DNA of 19,921 nucleotides from Octopus sinensis (taxonomy: Eukaryota): NCBI RefSeq assembly GCF_006345805.1, contig NW_021824156.1, positions 1 to 19,921 of the forward strand. The letters are read 5' to 3'. Within the stretch, counting starts at the first letter, position 1. Each line of letters begins with the position of its first letter. This document shows positions 1 through 10,337 of this stretch, piece by piece. The translations under genes and the position numbers were made by a program. The notes under the pieces are model-generated. The model was not told the origin of the DNA. It made no database searches and was given only the letters and a program-made list of their open reading frames with translations.

Positions 1-18
1 ATATATATATATATATAT

Positions 19-81
<63 letters not shown>

Positions 82-131
82 TATATTATATATACATACA
101 CACACATACACACACAACATATATATATATG

Positions 132-193
<62 letters not shown>

Positions 194-200
194 AGATAGA
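1..200. repeat. (AT)n microsatellite with short (CA)n and (AGAT) tracts
   Basis: Direct reading of the sequence. Confidence 0.95.
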
Positions 201-269
201 TAGATTAATAGATGTTTCTGTTACGTGTGTGTATGTGGGAGGAGTGGGAGTGTATGTGTATTCAGCACT

Positions 270-1056
270 CACATTATTGGTAACTTTTTTTCGACATTGT
301 CATTATAACTGCAAACCACTGTGTTGTTCTTGACAGAGCTATATATAATAGCTGACGCCGACGCAGATCATTTAGAAAGAAAAGTCACAGTTTACTCTAC
401 ACTGACGCCGAGGTTTATTGTTTCTCATTGCAAACACCACTCCAACTCGGAATTATGTAACTGCGTAAAGGTTAATGGTAGAGTGATGTCAGAAGGTTTC
501 AGTTTAATTCTTGTACAATGGCATTCTCTTATAATGTTCATCGTCTGCAACAATTGTCACCTTCAATTAAGCGTTCAAGTAAATGGCTCATTGAAAATTT
601 TGAATTATAAAATCCATTCGCCTTAATTAGATTTTGCAGTATTATACAATATTCCCCCTTTCAAACCAAAAGTTGTGCGAGCACTCTGCTGTTTAGAAAC
701 TCCACTGCATAATTCACATGTTGTATTTATTATCGCAGGAATCAATGGTTGGGTATAGTATTGTTCTGTCTGTGAAGCTTGAAGGATCTAATTGAGTGCA
801 GCGCCTCCAAACTTGATTTGACATTTTGCGGTCATTAAATAGAATGTCAACGCTTGTTGGAAGCATTAATCTTGTCATCGGCCCAGTTGCAATCGTTTCA
901 TTTCTGTGCTTTCTTACTCATCATTAGATCCAGGTTTGATTTCAACAAATGGGATATTACAATGTTCACAGCAGCAGCTTAGCCTTCTTTAAGATATTTT
1001 TCGGAAATAGCCCAGAAACTCTAAAATAGCAAGAAATGTGCAATCATCAGATGTTT
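270..1056 (-). pseudogene. Decayed Helitron RepHel PIF1-type helicase, C-terminal part (many stops and frameshifts)
   Basis: Manual minus-strand translation gives collinear Helitron-helicase-like motifs: DRTILYPT (747-770, cf. RAILAPTN), NYAVEFLNS (688-714, cf. YPVEFLNS), LV*KGEYCIILQNLIKANGFYN (cf. LKVGAPIMLLRNL..GLCNG), IKLKPSDITLP (476-508, cf. RIKLTPSD..LPF), FAMRNNKPRRQ (402-434, cf. FAMTINKSQGQ), QLLYIALSR (328-354, cf. GQLYVALSR). Confidence 0.75.
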
Positions 1057-1065
1057 ACATTTAGT

Positions 1066-1456
1066 GGAGGCGCAATGGCCCAGTGGTTAGGGCAGCGGAC
1101 TCGCGGTCGTAGGATCGCGGTTTCGATTCCCAGACCGGGCGTTGTGAGTGTTTATTGAGCGAAAACACCTAAAAGCTCCACGAGGCTCCGGCAGGGGATG
1201 GTGGTGATCCCTGCTGTACTCTTTCACCACAACTTTCTCTCACTCTTACTTCCTGTTTCTGTTGTACCTGTATTTCAAGGGGCCGGCCTTGTCACTCTCT
1301 GTGTCTCGCTGAATATCCCCGAGAACTACGTTAAGGGTGCACGTGTTTGTGGAGTGCTCAGCCACTTACACGTTAATTTCACGAGCAGGCTGTTCCGTTG
1401 ATTCGGATCAACCGGAACCCTCATCGTCGTAACCGACGGAGTGCTTCCATCCATCC
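1066..1456 (+). mobile_element. tRNA-derived SINE, full length, inserted into the Helitron fossil
   Basis: A-box-like TGGCCCAGTGG, B-box-like GTTTCGATTCC and a (CCAT)n tail. A 9-bp TSD ACATTTAGT lies at 1057-1065 and 1457-1465. Confidence 0.92.
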
Positions 1457-1465
1457 ACATTTAGT

Positions 1466-2200
1466 CACCATACATTCCAACAAACCACACTCCTGAATTA
1501 AGTTCGTCAGATTGCGAGAGATATCCATCAATTCCGCAAATAAAAATTTCTGTCAATGGAATTTGGAAGAGGAAAAGTCTAATCTGAAATGGAACTTTTC
1601 TGAAACACCGCATCCAATGTCATTGATGGAATAGAAAGAAATAGTTGATCCAAACATGCTTCCACGCAGTTATTTTTCTATTTACGATTGATAATCATGT
1701 GATGAATCTATGATAGTTTTCTTTCTTTCGGAACTGTATGTGTATCTCCAAAGTTGGCGATTCTATTCTGAAATGTATTCTGAAACGATGGTGGATTTTC
1801 TGCAAAAAAGCCCTTTTATATTGTACCATTTTTATTGCTTTCAGAATGATAGGAGAATTTGTGCTTGTCAGATCACCTTAGTTGAGCATCGAGGTCATCT
1901 CGACAAGCCATAAAGATGTGCTTTGAAAATTTACGCTTAATAACAGTGTATTCGTAGAGGTTTAGAACTCATAATTGTTACCTTAGGGTTTCTACGAAAA
2001 TTTGCTACCAATATCCTTACAGATATCTTTTCAGTATTGATCAGTACTTCACAAGTTCCAGGGCTGACAAGCATTCCTTCAAATCCAAGAGCTTTATTGG
2101 CTTTAACTTTCCAATGCTGAAATAGTGATTAATTTCCATCTGCCGAAGGAAAGTTCTTAAGTTCCTGAGTTTTCATGTTTTCGTGAATAAATCGATGTTC
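1466..2200 (-). pseudogene. Upstream continuation of the decayed Helitron RepHel ORF
   Basis: LFQIPLTE..ICGI..SQSDEL (~1500-1570) resembles FKIPLN..STCNI..QS.LAEL. DLKECLSALEL (2053-2085) resembles TFKEACLALGL of the Rep-helicase linker. Support is weaker than for the downstream part. Confidence 0.45.
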
Positions 2201-2430
2201 TTGTCCAATATATAATGGCTTGCATGATTGCTGCTTCAGAGTGTATCTGTTCTGCGAACATTTTCTTTTTCATACGTTTGGTATTAGGGACCCCAAAAGG
2301 ATGTTTCGCTTTCTTTTCACCAGCCCATCGGACTTGATATTGTGATGTTGATAAACATATGCATCCATAAACACATACATATCCGTATAAACATAAAAAT
2401 GCATACAAACATTTATATACGTAGATAACT

Positions 2431-2837
2431 ATACTCTTTTTACTCTTTTACTTGTTTCACTCATTTGACTGCGGCCATGCTGGAGCACCGCCTTTAATCG
2501 AGCAACTCGACCCCGGGACTTATTCTTTTGTAAGCCCAGTACTTATTCTATCGGTCTCTTTTGCCGAACCGCTAAGTAACGGGGACATAAACACACCAGC
2601 ATAGGTTGTCAAGCAATGCTAGGGGGACAAACACAGACACACAAACACACACACGCATATATATACATATATACGACGGGCTTTTTTCAGTTTCCGTCTA
2701 CCAAATCCACTCACAAGGCTTTGGTCGGCCCGAGGCTATAGTAGAGACACTTGCCCATGGTGCCACGCAGTGGGGCTGAACCCGGAACCATGTGGCTGGT
2801 AAACAAGCTACTTACCACACAGCCACTCCTTCGCCTA
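2431..2837 (-). mobile_element. tRNA-derived SINE with internal (TG)n tract and GCGGTGCTCCAGCATGGCC...(AGAGTAAA)n tail
   Basis: The minus strand has the tRNA-like head GGAGTGGCTGTGTGGTAAG...GGTTCAG and central AAAGCCTTGTGAGTGGATTTGGTAGACGGAAACTG (Meta-domain-like, from memory). A second copy lies at 4262-4645. Confidence 0.9.
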
Positions 2838-3253
2838 TATTAACAAATTCCCCTAACCGGATATGTAAAACCGCCAAACCTTTTAAGTTTTAAATAATAC
2901 AACAATCAATTATTAATAAATTATTTTCATAATACTTAGGTAACTTAAAATCAATGTTTACACTAAAAAATAATAGGGTATCTAATCCTAGTTTATTTTT
3001 AAAATTTCAAAACATCAACAATAAAGAAAAAAAACAAAAACAAATCAACTCTAAAAAATTTTACCAAAAACCAAAATGTAAGTAATCACCCCCACCCTTT
3101 TGGATAAATATGCACGCGGTTACTCGACACTCTGTGGGACATGAAAAGGTATACAGAGAAAGAAATATGCATTTTTTAAGTATCGTTGTTATACGTGTTA
3201 CCGTTGTTAATCCACCAAATGCGGCATTGAGCACTCGTTCTTACTGTTCGATA

Positions 3254-3364
3254 CTATTGCTCCACACACACACACAAACACACACACACATACATACATA
3301 CACACATACATACACACATACATACATATATACATATATACATACACACACACACATATATATA
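3254..3364. repeat. (CA)n/(TACA)n compound microsatellite
   Basis: Direct reading. Confidence 0.9.
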
Positions 3365-3669
3365 TCTTTATATATAAAACTGAAGCTGTGTGTGTGAGAC
3401 TCTGTCTCCTCCAACTTAGATTCCTAACTACTACCACATTTTGCGGTGCAGTTTAACTAAAAGCGGGTATCTTATAGTGGTCATTCATATCGAGCCCTTC
3501 TGGGTATTAGCACGCGTCTACGATGAGTCTACGATTTTAAAAAAATGACCATCATTTTTCCGCATTTTTAATGATTTTTGCTCGCGTTATATAAGAGAAG
3601 TAACTCTCTAAAAATGCTTATATAGTTATTTCCCTTACAAACCCGAGCAACGCCGGGCGATACTGCTAG
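3365..3669 (+). mobile_element. Non-autonomous Helitron, 305 bp
   Basis: Starts TC after A and ends CTAG before T. The subterminal GC hairpin CCCG-AGCAACGC-CGGG lies ~8 nt before CTAG, and there is no TSD. Homologous copies occur on the minus strand at 18298-18512 and 18657-18961. Confidence 0.85.
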
Positions 3670-3949
3670 TAAACCATAAAAGGTCATTGAGCATAACTGG
3701 TGAACATACTTCTTTAACCACTTGACAGTTTAGGATTACGACCGCTTAGTAGCCTTCTTTATGTAGCAATAGATTCACCACTCATACTTCTTGACCTATT
3801 ATGGTTTCTATATTCCTCATGAAACGATTTCATTGATCGGATCTTCTGAATTCCAGTTACACTCTTCTGTATTGTATTACTATGTAGTCTGTTAGCCGAG
3901 TCCATTAGTGGAGCTTTCTGTGATAGCCACTACATTCTCTGAATCCATA

Positions 3950-4003
3950 TCTATATACAAATATATATATATATATACTATATATATATATATATATATA
4001 TAT

Positions 4004-4057
<54 letters not shown>

Positions 4058-4086
4058 CTCTGTGTGTATGTATGTATGTTTGTATG

Positions 4087-4117
<31 letters not shown>

Positions 4118-4235
4118 ATATATATAATATATACATATCTATATATGTATATGTATATTTACATACGTACATTCATTCACACATACATACATAAACACAC
4201 ACACACACTTATATATATATATATATATATACTGT
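3950..4235. repeat. (AT)n/(GT)n/(CA)n compound microsatellite
   Basis: Direct reading. Confidence 0.93.
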
Positions 4236-4261
4236 ATTTCAAATTATTAACGACGTAACAT

Positions 4262-4645
4262 CACTCTCTCTTTTTACTCTCTTTTACTTGTTTCAGTCAT
4301 TTGACTGCAGCCATGCTGGAGCATCGCCTTTAGTCGAGCCCAGTACTTATTCTATCGGTCTCTTTTGCCAAACCGCTAAGTTACGGGGACGTAAACACAC
4401 CAGCATCGGTTGTCAAGCGATCCTGGGGGGACAAACACAAACACAAACACAGACAAACACACACACACACATACATATATACGACAGGCTTCTTTCAGTT
4501 TCCGTCTACCAAATCTACTCACAAGGCTTTGGTCGACCCGAGGCTATAGTTGAAGACACTTGCCCATGGTGCCACGCAGTGGCACTGAACCAAGAACCAT
4601 GTGATTGGCAAGCAAGCTTCTTACCACACAGCCACTCCTGCGCCT
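4262..4645 (-). mobile_element. tRNA-derived SINE, same family as 2431-2837, with a ~30 bp internal deletion
   Basis: Collinear with 2431-2837 but lacks the CAACTCGACCCCGGGACTTATTCTTTTGTAAG segment. Confidence 0.9.
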
Positions 4646-4730
4646 GTTTTATTTTAAAACTACTCGCTGGAATTCAACGAAATTTCCTCAGAATAATGGC
4701 AACAGTTATATGCACGTGGTATGCAAAAGA

Positions 4731-4962
4731 AAGCGGCGAACTGGCAGAATCGTTAGCACGCCGGGCGAAATGCGTAGCCATATTTCGTCTGCCGCTTCGT
4801 TCTGAGTTCAAATTCTGCCGAGGTCGACTTTGCCTTTCATCCTTTCGGGGTCGATGAATTGAGTGCCAGTTACGCACTGGGGTCGATGTAATCGACTTAA
4901 TCCGTTTGTCTGTCCTTGTTTGTCCCCTCTGTGTTTAGCCCCTTGTGGGTAATAAAGAAATA
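4731..4962 (+). mobile_element. tRNA-derived SINE with Nin/Deu-like central domain
   Basis: Head AAGCGGCGAACTGGCAGAATCGTTAG, B-box GAGTTCAAATTC and core GAGGTCGACTTTGCCTTTCATCCTTTCGGGGTCGAT. A 13-bp TSD GGTATGCAAAAGA lies at 4718-4730 and 4963-4975. Confidence 0.9.
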
Positions 4963-5201
4963 GGTATGCAAAAGATTTGAGGTTTTGCGCAAGCGTAAAC
5001 AAACTGCAACAATTTGCATGATTTCCACTAACTTTCTCTGTTCCAAATTATGAACGAGTGATCTGATAATCGTGCAATTATGGGTCGTGAATGTGGCTTA
5101 ACAGCTTCAAAGAAATCTGTTATTACTTCTGAACTTGCAAAAGTTAAATCAACATTAGAAATATCTAAAATAATTAGAAGATATCACCAAACTATGAAAA
5201 C

Positions 5202-5329
5202 ATTAAGTAAATTGCAAAATAATATTATAAACGTATATATTTGGTAGAATAACACAGCATCATCGCCACTTATATTTGTTATTCTACCAAATATATACGT
5301 TTTTATTATTATTTTGCAATTTACTTAAT
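5202..5329. repeat. Long inverted repeat: 53-bp arms, 22-nt spacer
   Basis: 5202-5254 matches the reverse complement of 5277-5329 at 51/53 positions. Confidence 0.92.
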
Positions 5330-5413
5330 CATCGGTATATTATTGTTGTGTAATTTTCTAGATGGTGTAATTTAATTGCTCATTTTGAATTGATAAAAGG
5401 TGGTTTTTTCTAA

Positions 5414-5416
<3 letters not shown>

Positions 5417-5471
<55 letters not shown>

Positions 5472-5475
5472 TATA
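5417..5475. repeat. (AT)n microsatellite
   Basis: Direct reading. Confidence 0.95.
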
Positions 5476-5483
5476 TTATAATA

Positions 5484-7383
5484 TTATTAGAGACAAAACC
5501 ACTATTTTGCAAAACAAACAAGGAAAGACTTATCAATACATAAAATTTTAACAAAAAGTCAAAAAAACCGCCACTACAATTGTTTCTTGTCCTAATCGAC
5601 AATCTTCAGGTGGACTTCCAATCTAAAATATCAATATTTTAAAATATAAAAAATAATTAAAATAATTAAAGTATTAATGAAAAATATAAATATATAATCT
5701 ATATATACCTATATATAATCCATATATAATCAATATATAAACAATATAAACAATATATAAACTAAAATAAACCTTTCAACAATTAAATATAAAATATAAA
5801 ATATAAAACAAAACAAAAATAACTATATATACACCCATACACATATACTAATTATATATAACCATATCTAAATACATACACTAAATCACACACCTATATA
5901 TATATCCCTATACATACACATAAAAACGTCTAGGCAACGATAAATAAATAAAATAGCCAAATACTTCAACACAATACTTATTCATACTCCCTCACACACC
6001 CATACAACCCACATTCCCGCTCTAGAAACGGACATCATTTAAAATTATGAATGGAGAAATGGAACAAATGGAATTAAAAATTATATTCACTTGGTAAAAC
6101 GAACATTACTTAAAAATTATGAATGAAACAATGCAATAAAACAACAGACATCGCAAATAGACACAAATTACTACGAATTCCCTAATAAAACTACCATGAC
6201 AAACCAAAACTCACAAAAACATATAATGATAAAATCTCCCTTTACTAAACTCTATAACATACCTATATAGCAATCCCCTAACCTAAACATTCACACACAA
6301 ATACACACACGTAAACCACACACCCACGACATATACAAATACCCACCTCACTCACACATACCTATACATACATATAAACCTCAACATATACTCCAAAAAC
6401 CCACTCAACCCCACACAGACAAACAAACACATACATCCCCGAACCTATATAGCAAACCCATAAACACATTCACACACAAATATACATACGTAAAACACAC
6501 ACCATATACATATACATACTCACTAAACTCGATATATACAACAATATTAACACACCCACACTCATACAGATAAATAAACTACACAACCAAAATACGCACA
6601 CACTCACACACAATCCCACATACATAAACACTCCAAAGAAAAACAACATTATTACACATAATACGATATATAAAATACATCGTAAGTAACCAGAATATCA
6701 AAAATAACAATATGACATAAGGAGAAATAATATACATACTTTCAAGTCAGTTTCAAATTATGAAGTGAAATTAAATTCTAAGCCGTTAAAAAACATCAAA
6801 CCAAAATTACGTTACCATAGGAACATAACTTATGTATAAAAAGAATACGCGCTATGGAAGCAAACGTCACTTAAAATTATGAATGGAGAAATAGAATAAA
6901 TGGAATTAAAAATTATATTCACGCGGTAAACTAACATTATTTAAAAAAAATTATGAATGGATTCTTTAATAAAACTACCATGATAAATTAAAACTCATAA
7001 AAACATAAATGATAAAACCTCCCTTTACTAAACCCTATAACATACTTATATAGCAAACCCTTTAACCTATACATTCACACACAAATACACACACGTAAAC
7101 CACACACCCATAACAAATACAAACACCCACCCCACTCACACACACCCACAAGTACATATAAGCCTCAACATATACACCAAACAAAATTACGTTACCAAGG
7201 AACCTAACATATGTATAAAAAGTATTCCCGCTCTGGAAACGAACATCTTTTAAAATTATGAATGGAGAAATGGAATAAATGGAATTAAAAATAATATTCA
7301 CGTGGCAAAACGAACACCACTCAAAAATTATGAATGAAACAATGTAATAAAACAACAAACATCGTAAATAGACAAATTACTAC
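5484..7383 (-). mobile_element. Candidate non-autonomous Penelope-like or retrozyme-type element: G-poor (+ strand) modular non-coding body ending in a hammerhead and a terminal motif at (TA)n
   Basis: The hammerhead lies near its minus-strand 3' end. Internal modules are repeated 2-3 times and there is no ORF. The terminal motif TTAGAGAYAAAACCACTATT recurs at 7759-7778, also next to (TA)n. The Penelope assignment is inference. Confidence 0.5.
5571..5613 (-). ncRNA. Minimal type I hammerhead ribozyme
   Basis: Minus strand reads CCAC-CUGAAGA-UUGUC(GAUUAG)GACAA-GAAA-CAAUUG-UA-GUGG. It has stem I of 4 bp, an intact CUGANGA/GAAA core, a perfect 5-bp stem II, a palindromic minimal stem III and a GUA cleavage triplet. 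Confidence 0.82.
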
Positions 7384-7663
7384 TGCTGGGGCACCGCCAT
7401 TTGGTGTTGCTACATGATTTTACTTCACGAATGCTTTTTAGCAATTGCCATTTGGTGCATGAGAGTGTTCGATGCAGCTGCCCTCATCTGCACCTCCTGC
7501 CGTGAAGTTGGTTCATCTGGGACACCTGACAGGAAGAGATCCAGTTTTATTTTAAAGATATCTGCATCCATCCCATGCAGGTCTCTCAGGTTCTTCGGGA
7601 GGATATTGAAGAGCTGTGGGCCTCGGAAGCCCAGGCTATCACAGTAGCCCAGGCTATCACAGT
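7384..7663 (-). mobile_element. 5'-truncated CR1-like LINE 3' end (ORF2 C-terminus plus 3' UTR)
   Basis: Translation YCDSLGFRGPQLFNILPKNLRDLHGMDADIFKIKLDLFLSGVPDEP matches the CR1/L2-type ORF2 C-terminal pattern (FNxLP...FKxxLDxFLxxVPDEP). The 3' UTR ends in GGCGGTGCCCCAGCA. Confidence 0.78.
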
Positions 7664-7679
7664 ATATATATATATATAT

Positions 7680-7755
<76 letters not shown>
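7664..7755. repeat. (AT)n microsatellite
   Basis: Direct reading. Confidence 0.95.
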
Positions 7756-7761
<6 letters not shown>

Positions 7762-7983
7762 GAGATAAAACCACTATTAGGCAAATCAAACAGTGAAAAA
7801 TCATAAGCCAATACATAGAAATAAAATTAATTAATAAAAAATATATAAAATATAAAATTCAAAATTTAATTTTATCTCTAATTTAATATATATATTTATA
7901 CTATAAAATTAGATTTAATCCTATATCTAATTTTTCCCTGTAAGTTTGGATTTACTCCCCAATATTATTATTATTATTATTAA

Positions 7984-8127
<144 letters not shown>

Positions 8128-8489
8128 CGCATGTGAGTGTATATTTGTTTGTAACTTTGCTTATACACTCCAGCTACACTTACACGTACACACATCGTCC
8201 GTGTGTCCGTGCGTGCATGTTCAACAGAATTTCACTTATTTACGTTTCCCTACAGCTCCTAGATTTCAGCAATTTTTATCGGAAATCTCTTCAATTTTTT
8301 GTTAACATATTGCTGTTGTAGCAATCAATGAAATTTTCCAATAATAACCGATCGATACTGTAATTTTGTATTGAAAAACATTCGCGTGGTCTTTATTACG
8401 CAAATTATTAATTTTTTAAATTTCACTTCATTTATCTTGTTTTCAAAACGTCGTAAATTATATTAATAGCAAAAATAACGACAACATTG

Positions 8490-8600
8490 ATGATACTTAC
8501 TGTAATCATTGTTGTTGTTGTTATTGTTGTTGTTTTTGCTGCTGGTAGTGGCGATGATGATGATGTTATCATTATTGTTGTTTTTATAATTGTTGTCGTT
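8490..8600. repeat. Degenerate (TTG)n/(ATG)n trinucleotide tract
   Basis: Direct reading. Confidence 0.8.
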
Positions 8601-8845
8601 TATTAATTTAACTGGTAACTTGTTTATCGGGTTTTGTTTTCCAATGACATTTCTAACCCGCATTCTTTGAAATAAATCGACTTCTGTAATTTGTCAAACG
8701 CTGAAGTAGAATCCAATTAATCCATATGGTAACCAGTTTAATCTAATGGCCATGAAATCGGTGGAACAGGACCGCTATCCGAAGAACTCTCGTGTTTAGC
8801 ACAAACCTACACAACATTGTTATATTTCATCTTGTGCATATATGA

Positions 8846-9045
8846 CTCCCTGGAGTCAGGGGGTGGTAGCGGCCCCTGTTGTACTCTTTCGTCCCAAACT
8901 TTCTCTCACTCTTTCTTCCTGTTTCTTGAGTAACGCTGCAATGGACTGGCGTCCCGTCCAGCTGGGGAGAAAACATACGCCACAGAAACCGGGAAACCGG
9001 GCCCATGAGCCTGGCTAGGCTTGAAATAGGTGCATGAATAATATA
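8846..9045 (+). mobile_element. 5'-truncated SINE: middle module shared with 1066-1456, followed by a different (V-domain-like) 3' body
   Basis: GTACTCTTTC...AACTTTCTCTCACTCTT.CTTCCTGTTTCT is shared with ~1217-1260. It continues GCAATGGACTGGCGTCCCGTCCAG...ACAGAAACCGGG. Confidence 0.7.
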
Positions 9046-9661
9046 AGACTCCCATGATGAATTTCCCTCTTTTATTCTACGGTAGATAATTCTTGTGTTG
9101 ATAAATTGTTCTGTGTAGAGTGAACAGCGATATTAGAACTGAGGAGTTGTGTATATATTCTTAATACGTCCCGGAAAATTCGAACGCAAGTCGAAAGACC
9201 GGTGCCTCGAAATCTCTTGTACTGATGTATCTAGAGTGTTATGGACACATAACCATTGTAAAGGAGAAGCTGTTCTACTGTGGCGAGTACAGCAGCGATT
9301 ACTGTATCTGCGTTCGAATCTGCCACAATGTAATAAATATACACAAGACATCGTTTTGGATCTTGTTGTCCATCGTGCGTAGAACAATATTTTATTGGTT
9401 GGCAAAGATTAGAATTAATCAGCAAATAGTTTGTTTGCTGAAATTATAATCAAGAGCATCGTCTCTTTTTAGATTCAATAGCCCGAGTTCTTTTGGCTAA
9501 CGTGACATAACATGTTGAAACACTTGTGAATGAATCGAGTGTGTTAGGAATATATAGTTATCGTAAAGAAGAAGTTGTTCTGTGACGAGCTCAACAGCGA
9601 TTAGCATACTTGCGTTCGAATAAATATGTAATCTAATCGGCTGACCCCATTCCCCTAAAAT

Positions 9662-10337
9662 CGCCACGATAGGGTAGGACAGTATTTACAGTGGAAAATA
9701 TGTAAGCACTACAACATCAGCATTCCTGCTTACTGGTATGAACATCAACCTGAGCCAGTCGTTGAAGGTAAAAATGTCACTATCCTCCGGAATTTTCCAG
9801 TGAACACCGACAGAACGATCCAGGATAATCGACCAGACATGGTCATAAAGACAAAGACGGAAATACTTGTAGATTAATATATGTAAGTGATCCTACTGAT
9901 AAAAATATATCTGTAACGGAATTTGGCAAATTAAGTAAATATAAGGACCTGGAAATTGAAATACAAAACAAGTGACATCTTAAAGCGAGAACTGTTCCTG
10001 TTATTGTGAGTGCTCTAGTTATAATAAGAAAGGGATGTCAGAAACATCTAGATAATATCCCAGGAGAACCATGTCTCAGAGAAATCCAAAAGATTGTGCT
10101 GACAAGTACTGCCCACATCTTTAGAAAAACCCTATCAATTTAAAAGTCTGTGCTGTATTACATGAAGATATTTCGCCACTGCCCCTGCTACTTCCCCTCC
10201 CCAAGCTTTCAGTCATACTGTAACATCTCCTATCCTTCACTCACCCTAGGACGTTGTGTATGTCTCGGCTAGTGATTATAACAAACATGGAGAATAAAAG
10301 TAAATAACAGCAGCAACAACAACAACAACAACAATAA
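9662..10337 (+). mobile_element. 5'-truncated Dong/R4-like non-LTR retrotransposon: restriction-like endonuclease region, 3' UTR and (AAC)n(AAT)n tail
   Basis: Translation RHDRVGQYLQWKICKHY...WYEHQPEPVVEG..VTIL.NFPV.TDRTIQDNRPDMV/(frameshift)KDKDGNTCRLIYV...KLSKYKDLEIEIQNK*..RTVPVIVSAL...EIQKIVLTSTAHIFRK, with stop at 10141-10143. It shows the RHD, RPD and K..KY..L motifs of RLE-bearing LINEs. One frameshift and one internal stop are present. Confidence 0.88.

Noticed and set aside
1066-1140. tRNA-like sequence
   Set aside because: It has A/B boxes but no complete cloverleaf, continues into a SINE body and is flanked by TSDs. The same applies to the other SINE heads.
4288-5002. 189-aa ORF and overlapping ORFs
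   Set aside because: They run across two SINEs and resemble spurious predicted proteins made from SINE sequence.
6014-7383. CRISPR-like or regularly spaced array
   Set aside because: The units are long, diverged and lack unique spacers, and the context is eukaryotic.
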